64,000 bases of DNA. Origin: a virus. The stretch's first letter is position 1. The number at the start of each line of letters is the position of its first letter. This document shows, piece by piece, positions 47,951 through 57,988 of this stretch. Where the stretch lies: IMG/VR virus record IMGVR_UViG_3300032053_004772, positions 22,774-86,773 of that record. One strand, 5' to 3'. The position numbers were made by a program, and so were the translations under genes. The notes beneath the pieces are model-generated. The model did no database searches. It was given only the letters and a program-made list of their open reading frames with translations, and had not been told where the DNA came from.

Positions 47951-48758
47951 TACCTGTGTCGTTGATGCAAAGAACCTCGCGTATAGAGTCGCGTGGGTGT
48001 TTCGAGAGTTGCACGATAAATCTAGTCGAGGTACAGGTATCAGTTTCGGAACCGTTCAAAATCTGATAGGTCTTAAGCAGAGATTCGCGATTCGGCGGTT
48101 CGTGTTTCTGTGGGATAGTATTACGAACTGGCGTGTTGATAAGTATCCCTGGTATAAAGCCGGTCGTACGGAGAGACCCGCAGAAGATTTTCTGCGACAA
48201 CTGTCTGTACTTCAGAACCGACTGCTTCCAATTATCGGAGTTAATCAAGTCGCGGCTGTCAGTTACGAAGCTGATGATTTAGCAGCGTGGTGGGTTCGAC
48301 ATAGTGAGAACTCTACGTTGCTTGTTTCTAATGATCATGATTGGCAGCAGTTGCTGATTCGAGATAATGTTCAGCTTCTTCGACCTTCCGCTCAACGAGT
48401 GAGTACGCGTAGTAACATTTACGAGGAGTGGGGTCTGTGGCCAGAGGAACTACCTGCTGTCTGGAGTATTACCGGATGTGATTCCGATAGTGTTCCTGGT
48501 ATTCGTAGGTTTCCTGAGAAGGAAGCGGCTCGCATAGTTCGAGACTGTCTGCGAGGAGGACACACAGTTCGAAACTCGTGGGATGCGGTATTACGAGAGC
48601 AGTTCGATGTGTTTCTTCGGAATTGGGAATTGATCTTTTTGAGTGGTAGAGTTAGCGACATCGTAGGAACTCGTTCCTGCTTAGATCAAGCACGGTTTGC
48701 GGAGTTCTGTGAGGAGTTCAACATGAAAACTCTAACTCCGAAGTTTTCGATGTTATGA
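47937..48758 (+). CDS. 5'-3' exonuclease / flap endonuclease
   Basis: VDA.NL.YR, YKAGR, EADD, SND.D..QL, G.DSD.VPG. Confidence 0.9.
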   Translation: MMVFDTCVVDAKNLAYRVAWVFRELHDKSSRGTGISFGTVQNLIGLKQRFAIRRFVFLWDSITNWRVDKYPWYKAGRTERPAEDFLRQLSVLQNRLLPIIGVNQVAAVSYEADDLAAWWVRHSENSTLLVSNDHDWQQLLIRDNVQLLRPSAQRVSTRSNIYEEWGLWPEELPAVWSITGCDSDSVPGIRRFPEKEAARIVRDCLRGGHTVRNSWDAVLREQFDVFLRNWELIFLSGRVSDIVGTRSCLDQARFAEFCEEFNMKTLTPKFSML

Positions 48759-49360
48759 AATGGTACGTCATAACGTTGCCCTTTCACGACTTCGAGAAGC
48801 GAGTACAGCGAGGTATAGAGAAGGCGTGCTACCGAATTCACCGACACTCTAGGGACGTTGTGTTCTTCTATCCTGTGATTGCTCGCTATGATCGAGGTCA
48901 AGTAATACAGGAGCCGTTGTACGAGGGTTACGCATTCTTGGGGCTTCTGGATGATGTTGATGAGTGGTTCTTCTTTCTAGAGTTCGACGACTTTACCAGT
49001 TCTATGGTGGTATTGCGAGAGATTGTGCGTAGACGACCTAGTCCAGAAGCCGCTCTAGTAGATGTAGCGATACCGGACGCCGTTGTAGAAGAGATTATCG
49101 AGAGTGCGCGCAGACGATGTGCGACGTTGACAATTCAGCGAACAGTCCAAAGGGCTTCGCAGACAATCTTCGAGGGAGACCTCGTACATATTCGGGAGGG
49201 TGTGTTTGAAGGATACACAGGTATTGTGAGGGTTGTAGATCAGGTTAAACGAGAGGTCGCTACGCTGATCTATTTCATGGGAACCGATGTCGTGATCTAT
49301 GAGAAGATAGATCACGTTGAACGTGTACCACTGCAAAGCAGTCGGAGGATTCATGAGTAA
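48755..49360 (+). CDS. NusG paralog (NGN plus KOW), putative antiterminator
   Basis: WYVI, PLYEGY.F, GD.V.IREG.FEG..G.V..VD. Confidence 0.8.
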   Translation: MKWYVITLPFHDFEKRVQRGIEKACYRIHRHSRDVVFFYPVIARYDRGQVIQEPLYEGYAFLGLLDDVDEWFFFLEFDDFTSSMVVLREIVRRRPSPEAALVDVAIPDAVVEEIIESARRRCATLTIQRTVQRASQTIFEGDLVHIREGVFEGYTGIVRVVDQVKREVATLIYFMGTDVVIYEKIDHVERVPLQSSRRIHE

Positions 49361-51296
49361 GCGATTAAGTGAGAATGCAGAGATAGTGCTTGCTGAACGG
49401 TATTATCAACCTGGTGAAGACTGGACGACACTGACCGAGCGAGTCGCGCGTTTTCTTGATATCGATGGTAAGTACTCTCGAGAGTTCACAGAGATGATGA
49501 GGGAGTTGTGGTTTCTTCCGAACTCTCCGACTCTAATGAATGCGGGTACGAAGTTGAAGAACCTGAGCGCCTGTTTTGTACTCCCAATTCCAGACCACAT
49601 GGATGGAATCTTTAGCATCCTGAAGACTGCTGCGCTAATTCAGGCTGGCGGAGGCGGAACAGGTTTCGATCTTTCTGAGTTGCGACCTATCGGTTCTGTT
49701 GTAAGTAGTACGAATGGTACGACGTCCGGACCGATCAGTTTTCTGCATGTCTATGATGCAGCTTCCGAGGTGATTAAGCAAGGAGGGAAGCGTCGTGCAG
49801 CAAATATGGCTATAATGCGCGCTGACTGTCGAGACGTGCGTCAATTTATTCGTTGTAAGAGTGTTGAAGGAGAGATCACGAACTTTAACATCTCCATAGC
49901 CGCGTTAGATAAGTTTATGCGAGCTGTGGAGCTTGATGACGAGTGGGTCTTAGACTACAATCTTCACGGTTTGGAACCCGTGAGTCTTCGAGCAAGAGAA
50001 CTGATGAACTTGATTGTGGAAGGTGCGTGGAGAAACGGAGAACCCGGGTTGTTCTTTATCGACATCGTCAATCGTCTGTCGACTATAGACGAGTGGATCG
50101 CAGCATGCAACCCATGCGCGGAAATTGGTTTACCTCCCTATGGTAGTTGCAATTTGGGATCGATCAATCTGTCGAAGTTTGTTGCAGATGGTAAGATCGA
50201 CCGATCGGCAATAGTGCAGGTTGCCTCTCTTGCAACGAGACTACTGGATAACGTAGTCGAGCGAAATGAGTACGTTCTTTCAGAGATCGAGGTCTCTGCG
50301 AAGAAGTATCGTCCGTTGGGGTTGGGTGTTATGGGTTGGGCTGATATGCTGCTGCAACTTAAAGTTCGCTATGGATCTCAAGAGAGTTTTGAGATAGCGG
50401 AGGATGTAGCAACGATGATTCTCAACGAGGCGCATGCTGAAAGCGCTCGGTTGTGCGTTGAAAGAGGTCCGAACGGAGAGGGGAAGAATCGTCGAAATGC
50501 GATGCTAACTTCGGTTGCTCCTACTGGAACACTATCGCTGCTTGCAGGCTGCAGTTCCGGGATAGAGCCGAACTTTGAGTGGGAGTATGAGTCGCATCGA
50601 GTTGGTAGAGTTCTAAAGCACGTACATCCTTTGATAGCTTCGTACGTTGTTGCCGGAGAGGAGCTTCCTGCGTACTTCGTCACAACGTTTGATGTTACAC
50701 CAGAAGAGCATGTCTTGATGCAAGCGGCTTGGCAGCGACATGTCGATCACTCGATCTCGAAGACAATCAACCTTCCTCACTCTGCTACGCGAAAAGACAT
50801 CTATGACGCGTTTATGCTTGCGTGGAAGAGCGGTTGCAAGGGCATCACTGTGTATCGCGATGGATCAAGGCAAGAGCAAGTGCTGGTTTCGAAGACTCGT
50901 CAGGATATCGCAGGAACACAAAAGATCGCTCCAATAACTCGACCTGGTGTACTATTCGGTAAGACCTACCAGATGACGGTCTCTGAAAAACGTGCGTACA
51001 TCACAGTGAACAATATCAACGGTACGCCTATTGAGGTGTTTCTTCAACCTGACGTCGGTGGATTAGGAAGACTCGTTTCACTCGCGCTAAGAAGTAACAT
51101 CTCTGTGGACGAGGTTATCGAGCAGTTGCGAAAAAGTCAGGGTTCCGTTGAACTCGCGATTGCTTCCGCGTTAGAGTTGTCGTGCAAGCATACCGAGACC
51201 GCGGAACTGTGTCCAATGTGCCGTAATGAAATTCACAACAGTGGAGGTTGTAAGGAGTGTCCGTCGTGTGGATGGATGGCGTGCTCGGCGACATGA
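49353..51296 (+). CDS. nrdJ: Class II (B12-dependent) ribonucleotide reductase
   Basis: PNSPTLMNAG, SACFV, GGGTG, NPCAE, APTGT, SKTINL, KGITVYRDGSR; no small subunit nearby. Confidence 0.92.
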   Translation: MSKRLSENAEIVLAERYYQPGEDWTTLTERVARFLDIDGKYSREFTEMMRELWFLPNSPTLMNAGTKLKNLSACFVLPIPDHMDGIFSILKTAALIQAGGGGTGFDLSELRPIGSVVSSTNGTTSGPISFLHVYDAASEVIKQGGKRRAANMAIMRADCRDVRQFIRCKSVEGEITNFNISIAALDKFMRAVELDDEWVLDYNLHGLEPVSLRARELMNLIVEGAWRNGEPGLFFIDIVNRLSTIDEWIAACNPCAEIGLPPYGSCNLGSINLSKFVADGKIDRSAIVQVASLATRLLDNVVERNEYVLSEIEVSAKKYRPLGLGVMGWADMLLQLKVRYGSQESFEIAEDVATMILNEAHAESARLCVERGPNGEGKNRRNAMLTSVAPTGTLSLLAGCSSGIEPNFEWEYESHRVGRVLKHVHPLIASYVVAGEELPAYFVTTFDVTPEEHVLMQAAWQRHVDHSISKTINLPHSATRKDIYDAFMLAWKSGCKGITVYRDGSRQEQVLVSKTRQDIAGTQKIAPITRPGVLFGKTYQMTVSEKRAYITVNNINGTPIEVFLQPDVGGLGRLVSLALRSNISVDEVIEQLRKSQGSVELAIASALELSCKHTETAELCPMCRNEIHNSGGCKECPSCGWMACSAT

Positions 51297-51871
51297 GTCG
51301 AGTAGTGGTAGGTCTGGATCTTTCTCTTACACATACCGGTGTAGGAGTTGTCTCGGAGTCTGGTCAGAAGATATGCTTTGAGATCGTTCCCAAACGAACG
51401 GGGTTTGGTCGGACGATATGGATTCGCGATACTATCACTGATCGTCTTCAGGAGTTTGAGAGAGTAACCGCGTTTGCTATCGAGGGTTACAGTTTCGGTA
51501 GCGTTGGACGCAGCATCTACGATATCGGAGAGCTCGGCGGTCTCGTGAAGGCGAAGTTTTATGAAGAGGGTAGTGCCGTGTGGCTCGTGTCACCCTCTGT
51601 TGTTAAAAAGTTTGCTACCGGTAAAGGAAACGCTACGAAAGAGATGGTTGTTGACGCACTGAACGCGATGAGAGGTTGGTGTGAGTGGTCCGAGTTTGGT
51701 GCACCATTCGAGTATAAGAGGAACAACGAGGTTGATGCTCTGTTTCTTGCGCTTATCCTGAGTTACAAGACGTTTAAGTCGTCGCGTCCGATATCTCTCT
51801 CTCAACTGTCGAGAGAGCGGCAAGATATGATAGCGGAGCTGGAGAGTAAGTGTTCAATCCTGACGATGTAG
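51293..51871 (+). CDS. RuvC-like resolvase
   Basis: VGLDLSLT.TG, IEGY, ELGG, KKFATGKGNA.K, DA. Confidence 0.85.
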   Translation: MSRVVVGLDLSLTHTGVGVVSESGQKICFEIVPKRTGFGRTIWIRDTITDRLQEFERVTAFAIEGYSFGSVGRSIYDIGELGGLVKAKFYEEGSAVWLVSPSVVKKFATGKGNATKEMVVDALNAMRGWCEWSEFGAPFEYKRNNEVDALFLALILSYKTFKSSRPISLSQLSRERQDMIAELESKCSILTM

Positions 51872-52419
51872 AACTGCTTGCTTATCAAGAACCGATTGGC
51901 GTAGATCAGCGAATATCTCGCGATCGATATAAGCGTATGCAATTGAAGAAGTTATGCGTGATTGCTGATACGTTTCTTCGCCTTCCTGAACGCGCTGTAC
52001 TTGACGCGTATTTACATTACGGTGATGCGACTCAAGTTCTTGCTCCACTTGTACGATCGGGACAAAAGTATCTTGTTCGTCATAAGATTAAGATGGTTCT
52101 ACGTTTGGTACGTCGTTATATTGACTTCTTTTTGCGACAAGATTATAAGACTATTGATCGGATTTGTCGATCGAGACTGAAACCTGCCCAATACGAGCTG
52201 TTACGTCTGTATCTTAAACTTCGTTCTTACGGAGCGTGCGGAACAGTTTATGGCGTAACTTGGATGTGTATTAAGTATCGTCTGCAACGAATTGAAGAGC
52301 TTCTTATACTCGACGATCGCGTGAAACCTCTTCTAGATCTTCTTGCCTTTTTACGTAAGATTGCTGGTACACACCGGAGTGGATACTACTACAAGCCGGT
52401 TAAGAATGATCCGATCTAG
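51850..52419 (+). CDS. Putative regulator with two sigma-region-4-like HTH repeats
   Basis: L...ER.VL..Y and LKPAQYELLRLY...SY...G..YGVT...I.YR. Confidence 0.4.
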   Translation: MFNPDDVELLAYQEPIGVDQRISRDRYKRMQLKKLCVIADTFLRLPERAVLDAYLHYGDATQVLAPLVRSGQKYLVRHKIKMVLRLVRRYIDFFLRQDYKTIDRICRSRLKPAQYELLRLYLKLRSYGACGTVYGVTWMCIKYRLQRIEELLILDDRVKPLLDLLAFLRKIAGTHRSGYYYKPVKNDPI

Positions 52420-52427
52420 CCGGTAAT
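52398..52427 (+). promoter_or_regulatory. Candidate phage-specific promoter (GGTTAAG-N17-GGTAAT)
   Basis: Motif match; SD-less ATG 7 nt downstream. Confidence 0.55.
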
Positions 52428-52434
52428 TCTTCTG

Positions 52435-52923
52435 ATGAAAGTAGTCTTTGAGTGGCGCGTATTATTTACAGGTAGTGATAAGCGTACACGTTACGGACAA
52501 CCGCGAAGAGGAGTGAGACGTTTTTTATTGTGGCTGGCAGCGAAGCAGTGGAGCGTGCTAGTACTCATTCCTAAGGATCTAAGTCGCATATCGAGACGAT
52601 CTCTTCTGCGACACTTTCGGTTGCATAGACTTCCACTTCCTCAATTAATCAGCTCGTCTTTCGAAGTACGAGTTATTGCGTGGTTCGTTGCTACTCACTG
52701 GTTTGCTCGCTATCAGGACTTAAAAGTCTCTCGACTATTTCGTCTCGCTCGTAAGGTTACTGCACGAGTAAGGGAGAAAAAGAGATGGTCACCTTTCTCT
52801 GGGATACGCAGCATCATCACGTGGTTCAAGAGAATACCGCTCGAGAGCTTGAACGATGGAGAAGCAGTCGAGGAAACTTCTACTGGAAGAACGATGAGTT
52901 CTCGATCATCACGAGAATCGTAA
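52435..52923 (+). CDS. Hypothetical basic protein (possibly degenerate HAD-like)
   Basis: VVF...VL...P.RGVR.FL.WL pattern without catalytic Asp residues. Confidence 0.4.
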   Translation: MKVVFEWRVLFTGSDKRTRYGQPRRGVRRFLLWLAAKQWSVLVLIPKDLSRISRRSLLRHFRLHRLPLPQLISSSFEVRVIAWFVATHWFARYQDLKVSRLFRLARKVTARVREKKRWSPFSGIRSIITWFKRIPLESLNDGEAVEETSTGRTMSSRSSRES

Positions 52924-53216
52924 CAATACAAGGAAAGGTAAAACTCTCCGTGAAGATCGTGCACAAGGACTTTCAGGAATGTGATGTTTGGTGTCCTGTG
53001 TGCGGTCATGAGATGGCTCCGGAGACAGATATGTTCGAGAATCGGTATCGCGCTTACATCTGTATGCACGATGGTACACAGTTGTACGTTGTAGTGTACA
53101 GGAGGAAACCAAGTGCCAAAGGTTGGATTGGTGGGTCTGGGGAACATGGGAAAGGTACACTATCGTATCTTGCAGCAGCAACAGCGGGTGTGGAATCTCG
53201 AGTTACGAGTCTGTGA
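52785..53216 (+). CDS. Hypothetical Zn-ribbon protein
   Basis: CPVC...C..D; overlaps both neighbours. Confidence 0.4.
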   Translation: MVTFLWDTQHHHVVQENTARELERWRSSRGNFYWKNDEFSIITRIVTIQGKVKLSVKIVHKDFQECDVWCPVCGHEMAPETDMFENRYRAYICMHDGTQLYVVVYRRKPSAKGWIGGSGEHGKGTLSYLAAATAGVESRVTSL

Positions 53217-54039
53217 TCCGTGCGTCTCTGATCCGTTGATCGCGAAGTCAGATTGGATGTCGTACGAAGATCTTCTGAGTTGGGCTGAGGTGATCATCTT
53301 AGCGACTCCGACGGATACTCACGTGCAACTCGCGCAGCAAGCTGTAGATTGCGGACACTCTGTTTTTGTAGAGAAGCCACTAGCGTTCTCTCTTAAAGAG
53401 GCGAAGAAGTTGAAGTTAAAGGATTCTTCTATCGTTGTAGTGGGATATGTGGAGCGGTTCAGCGCGATCGTTCAAGAGCTGCGAAGGTTGTTGAGGCTTA
53501 CCGCTCGTACTAACGATCTTCCGCTCTTCATCACAACTTCCAGAGTCAATAACGTAGCAGTTCATAGAGCAGAGGGATTGTTGATAGATCTCGGTGTTCA
53601 TGATTTCGATCTGATCACTCATCTGTTTGGAGATCCGAGTTGGATCGACCGAGCGTTAGTTCTTACTTCGAATGGTATTGATGTGTTTGCTAGCGTTGAT
53701 CTGCGACTCGATGCGAGTCTGAGCGTGAACACGAGACTGTCGTGGATCGATGTATCGAAAGCGAGACAGATCTGTGTGTACTCGAAGGACTCTGTGATCC
53801 AGACCGATCTGCTGAATTCTGAGATCGTGTGGTTCGATCGACAGAAGCGCTGCGAGCGATATCGGTGGCAAGCTCGAGGTGGAGAACCAGTGTTAGCTGA
53901 GTTGGAGATGTTCTTTCACTTGGTTAATCGCGGTGGAGAGCGTCCACCAGATGATCAGTTAGGTTTGAAGTCTCTCGCGGTTGCAGATGCCGTACGGATA
54001 GCTCGCGACGGATACGCTACGAGGATTCAATATGAATGA
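53113..54039 (+). CDS. Gfo/Idh/MocA oxidoreductase (WbpB/WlbA-like)
   Basis: GLGNMG, ATPT..H, VEKP, G.VERF, DLGVHD.D. Confidence 0.9.
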   Translation: MPKVGLVGLGNMGKVHYRILQQQQRVWNLELRVCDPCVSDPLIAKSDWMSYEDLLSWAEVIILATPTDTHVQLAQQAVDCGHSVFVEKPLAFSLKEAKKLKLKDSSIVVVGYVERFSAIVQELRRLLRLTARTNDLPLFITTSRVNNVAVHRAEGLLIDLGVHDFDLITHLFGDPSWIDRALVLTSNGIDVFASVDLRLDASLSVNTRLSWIDVSKARQICVYSKDSVIQTDLLNSEIVWFDRQKRCERYRWQARGGEPVLAELEMFFHLVNRGGERPPDDQLGLKSLAVADAVRIARDGYATRIQYE

Positions 54040-54511
54040 GATGGAAGACGTAGGTAACGGACGTCAGATCAGCAAGTTCGCTGTCGTCGAGACTGGTGTA
54101 TTGATTGAGGAGAGCGTGCAGATTTGGCACTGGACTCACATTCGGGAGAGAGCTTCAATCGGTGAGGGAACGAGGATCGGGAAGGGTGTGTACATCGATC
54201 ATGACGTTCATATCGGTCGTCGTTGCAAGATTCAGAATAACGTCTCGATCTATTTCGGAGTGAAGATCGAGGATGAGGTGTTCGTAGGTCCTCACGTTTG
54301 TTTCACAAACGATCGCAATCCTCGAGCGGTTGGAGAGTGGTCTATCGTTCCGACGATCGTTAAGAGAGGTGCGTCTATTGGAGCTAACAGCACGATAGTG
54401 AGCGGTGTGACTATTGGAGAAGGAGCACTAATTGGAGCTGGTTCTGTTGTGACGAAGGACGTACCTCCGAGAGAGGTGTGGGTTGGGAATCCTGCAAGGA
54501 GATTACGATGA
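54032..54511 (+). CDS. Hexapeptide-repeat N-acetyltransferase (WbpD/WlbB-like)
   Basis: IWHW.HI, KIQNNVSIY.GV, FTND..PRA, GASIGAN, GNPAR. Confidence 0.9.
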   Translation: MNEMEDVGNGRQISKFAVVETGVLIEESVQIWHWTHIRERASIGEGTRIGKGVYIDHDVHIGRRCKIQNNVSIYFGVKIEDEVFVGPHVCFTNDRNPRAVGEWSIVPTIVKRGASIGANSTIVSGVTIGEGALIGAGSVVTKDVPPREVWVGNPARRLR

Positions 54512-54560
54512 ACGCTGAGAATAAGAAACGGCTGGAGAAGAAGAAAGAGGGAGGCGAGCC

Positions 54561-55342
54561 GTGAGTAAATGGCAAGGACCTTGGCGATGCGAAAAGTGCG
54601 GGGCTATTACGGGCAAGGACTGGGCGGGTATGGGCGATATGCGAATGCTGGTACAGGAGTTGCGGGACTCACTACAGGGGATGTGCGACGCCGAAGATCT
54701 CAAAGATTATCTTGTATTGGCCGGAGCCCTTGAGTGGGCTCATATCACAATCGCCCGCGCCGATGCGGCCCTCGCCGGGGAGCCGGGGGAAGGCGGGAAG
54801 CTGTGAACGGATTACGACTGACCGTGCAAATAACGAGAACTTCCGACGGGAAGCAAGATTATATCCAGATCATGAGTCAGGACATGGTATCCGTCAACGT
54901 TGTGTTTGTAGCTGATCAAATCAAATTGCGTGATGATCGGGAGCCGCCCCGGGGCCGGAAGGTGGGCCGTGGGGAATAACTGCCAATGGTGGGCCGATCT
55001 AACCGCCAGAGCAAAGCAGACGCCCGGGTATTGGCTGCAAGCTATCCTCATCGACCTACAGCTATTGCGCCGGGATGTCTGGATGCTGCTATGCACTACG
55101 CTCCGCAAGCCCCCCGTCACAAGAGCCGGGGAGAAGCCGCAGCAGGGGGAGAAGGAGGAACCGAAATGAGCGAGTGGAAATGTAGGGAATGCGGATCAAC
55201 CTTGGAAATAGTGACTGAGGATTATGGTGACTATGCCGGTCCTAACTATCCGTGTTGTGTCGTGATGGTCAAGAAAACGAGATTGAAGCATCCTTGGAAT
55301 AGTTGTCAATTCCAGCATTTTGAGGCAGAGTTGGAGGTGTAG
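54561..55342 (+). other. Cluster of about four small hypothetical ORFs with G-run-rich composition
   Basis: Short coupled ORFs (54561-54806, ~54803-54979, ~54985-55169, ~55166-55342); GGGG/CCGG-rich unlike the flanks. Confidence 0.5.
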
Positions 55343-55344
55343 GG

Positions 55345-56085
55345 ATGAAGGTATGCTGGGTTGATGTTGAGACAACTGGTACCGATCCAGCGACGCATGG
55401 TATTTGGCAAGTCGCGTTCCTAATCGAGATCGACAAGGTGATCGCGGAGAGAACGCAGTTCACGATGAATCCCGTGGATAGCGAAATTGATCCGGCGCTG
55501 ATTCAGAATCACATGCTTGATGAGAAGCTAGTTCGAGCTTTTAAACTGACAGATCGAGACACGATGCCGATGATCCGAGCGGTGCTGCAAAAGTACGTGG
55601 ATCCTTACGACCGAGCAGATAAGTTTACTCCGGCAGGTTACAACGTCAAGTTCGATCTGGACTTTCTTGAGGCTCTGTGGTTGCGATGTGGAGACAAGTA
55701 CTTCTACTCGTATTTCTCTCACTTTCCGGTAGATGTTTTGTATCTGACGACCGTTGCAGTGTGGATGGGAAAGATTCCGGTACCCGCGAATCGACAACTC
55801 GGTACGATTGTTACGGAGTGTCATATCTCAACAGAGGGTAGTCGATTACACGATGCCATGTCGGATGTGAATCTGACCTACAAACTAGCACAACATCTAA
55901 AGAGAGTGGTATCTCCACCGCGTCGAATGCTTCTTGAAAAGAGGCTCTTCTTTGCACGAGTACGCTGCGATGATCCAGATACACCGGTAGACTATCGGTT
56001 GATGACTCTGGAGGAAGCGTTGGTGGAGAATCAGTCGTTGACCGATCCGGAGGAAGCGTGGGTAGAAATGGAGATCGAACAGTGA
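55345..56085 (+). CDS. DEDDh 3'-5' exonuclease
   Basis: VDVETTG, GYN..FD..FL, HDAMSD. Confidence 0.88.
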   Translation: MKVCWVDVETTGTDPATHGIWQVAFLIEIDKVIAERTQFTMNPVDSEIDPALIQNHMLDEKLVRAFKLTDRDTMPMIRAVLQKYVDPYDRADKFTPAGYNVKFDLDFLEALWLRCGDKYFYSYFSHFPVDVLYLTTVAVWMGKIPVPANRQLGTIVTECHISTEGSRLHDAMSDVNLTYKLAQHLKRVVSPPRRMLLEKRLFFARVRCDDPDTPVDYRLMTLEEALVENQSLTDPEEAWVEMEIEQ

Positions 56086-57362
56086 GCGAGACAACTGTCG
56101 TTATCGGTCTTGGAACGGTTGGATTAGCAGTTGCTGTAGCGTTCGCTCAAGTAGGTCATGCCGTAATAGGAGTAGAACGTGTTGATGATCGTCGAAAACG
56201 CATCTTAGATAGAGATCTTTCTGATGAGCAGGAACCTCAATTAGAGAGTGCTTTGCACGCAGTTTTTCGAGATGAACGTCTTCGTATAGCAGCTACTTTT
56301 GCGCAGATACAGCAAAAAGTCGATAACGTAATTGTGTGTGTCGGAGTGACTTGGGAAGACGGGCAGTTGCAAGATGCAGAGTTTCTGTGTCTTATGAAAC
56401 AGATCGGAGAGTATGTTGATACTGAAGTACTGGTTAGTGTAGAAACGACTCTCCCTCCGGGAACGATGGAGCGAAAAGTAGCTCCCTTCTTCGCTCATAA
56501 AGGTAGACTTGTCTACGCTCCTGAAAGAGTTGCCGCGGGGCGTTTGCTGTCGAGTATTCGCGTGATGCCTCGTATTATTTCTGGGTTCGATGCAGAAAGT
56601 TTGAGGCGAGGCCTGTTGTTGTATAGTCAGGTTTGTGATCGGGTGGTATCTGTGAGTTCTATGACAACTGCGGAGATGATCAAAGTTGCGGAGAACGCGT
56701 ATCGAGACGTCAATATAGCCTTCGCGAACGAAGTGTCGGTGATATGCTACGATTTGGGTGTGGACGTATTAGAGGTACGTCGATGTGTGAACGACCTACC
56801 TTCTATCGAGATACCTGATACAGTTACCCGAATGACGAACCCCGTTCGTAATATGCATATTCCAGGAATTGGAGTAGGCGGTTATTGCATTCCGAAAGAC
56901 TCGAGGTTGCTGTTGCACGGAGGAGAGTATTCTCGTCTTTTCCTTGGGAGTGTGCCGTCTGTGGTTCGGAGTGCTCGAGAGGTTAATGATTGGATGCCGT
57001 CTCACATTACGTATCGAGTTGCTCGTCAAGTAGTGTTGCATGATGTGCAGAGGGCGTTGCGCGGTGTAAAAGGTTTGACCGTACTGATATTAGGCTCTGG
57101 GTTTGCTCCAGGAGTAAAAGATCAAAGGAATTCTCCATCGGTTGCTCTGCGCGATTTACTCCAAGACGCAGAGTATCATGTAGTTGTACATGATCCGTTG
57201 TACGATCCAACGTTGCCGCCTCGCGCGGATGTTGTTGTGTTAGCGACAGCTCACGAGTGGTATAAAGAGAGGTTGAAGGAGGATATATGGCAGGCGTTGA
57301 TCAGAAACCGCGTGTTATGGTGTCAGGACCGGGACCTGTGGAAAGACTTGTCCGGAAAGTAG
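56082..57362 (+). CDS. UDP-N-acetylhexosamine 6-dehydrogenase (WbpA/WecC-like)
   Basis: GLGTVG, ETT.PPGT, PERV..G, AE..K..EN.YRDVNIAFANE, GVGGYCIPKD, RNSP. Confidence 0.92.
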   Translation: MSETTVVIGLGTVGLAVAVAFAQVGHAVIGVERVDDRRKRILDRDLSDEQEPQLESALHAVFRDERLRIAATFAQIQQKVDNVIVCVGVTWEDGQLQDAEFLCLMKQIGEYVDTEVLVSVETTLPPGTMERKVAPFFAHKGRLVYAPERVAAGRLLSSIRVMPRIISGFDAESLRRGLLLYSQVCDRVVSVSSMTTAEMIKVAENAYRDVNIAFANEVSVICYDLGVDVLEVRRCVNDLPSIEIPDTVTRMTNPVRNMHIPGIGVGGYCIPKDSRLLLHGGEYSRLFLGSVPSVVRSAREVNDWMPSHITYRVARQVVLHDVQRALRGVKGLTVLILGSGFAPGVKDQRNSPSVALRDLLQDAEYHVVVHDPLYDPTLPPRADVVVLATAHEWYKERLKEDIWQALIRNRVLWCQDRDLWKDLSGK

Positions 57363-57373
57363 AGTCAAACGAC

Positions 57374-57988
57374 GTGAAGATCACGATTGTTCTGATTCTC
57401 GTGATCTGTGTTGCTCTGGGTTCAGCCTTCTTCGGATATCGAACGGCTTATCCGCTTCCACAGGAGCTTACTCCTGCGAACTATTCGTACATCACTCGAG
57501 AGGCTGTAAACGGGATCGTAAGTAATCTGATCATCTCCGGTCGGGTTGAGGATGTGCTTCTGTTCTATGACAGTAGAACACGAGATAGACAAGTCTCGTT
57601 CTATTTGATGAGTGCAGCTATGCAGTCACGGATTCCGGTGAATCTGCTGTTTGCTTTGGCTGAGTGGGAGAGTGGTTACGTGAACTCTCGAGAGAACTCG
57701 AACGGAAACGGAACTACGGATAGAGGCGTGATGATGCTGAACTCTGCCTCTTACTCAGGAGTTTCATCTGCACAATTTAAGGACACTGCGTGGAACGTTC
57801 GAACAGGAGCCGAGCACTTTCTTAACGCGCGCGAGAAGTACGGTAACTGGGAAGAAGCGATTATCGCGTACAACGCCGGAAATACTAACGCTGTAAAGAA
57901 TCATAGTATACGACACGTTACAAATGTGTTACGCATCGAACGATCTATTGATGCGGAGTTCGTAAAGCGGTTTGGAGGTGAGAAGTGA
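57374..57988 (+). CDS. Lytic transglycosylase (SLT) with N-terminal TM
   Basis: AL..WESG, D.GVMMLN, AYNAG; hydrophobic N-terminus. Confidence 0.85.
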   Translation: MKITIVLILVICVALGSAFFGYRTAYPLPQELTPANYSYITREAVNGIVSNLIISGRVEDVLLFYDSRTRDRQVSFYLMSAAMQSRIPVNLLFALAEWESGYVNSRENSNGNGTTDRGVMMLNSASYSGVSSAQFKDTAWNVRTGAEHFLNAREKYGNWEEAIIAYNAGNTNAVKNHSIRHVTNVLRIERSIDAEFVKRFGGEK

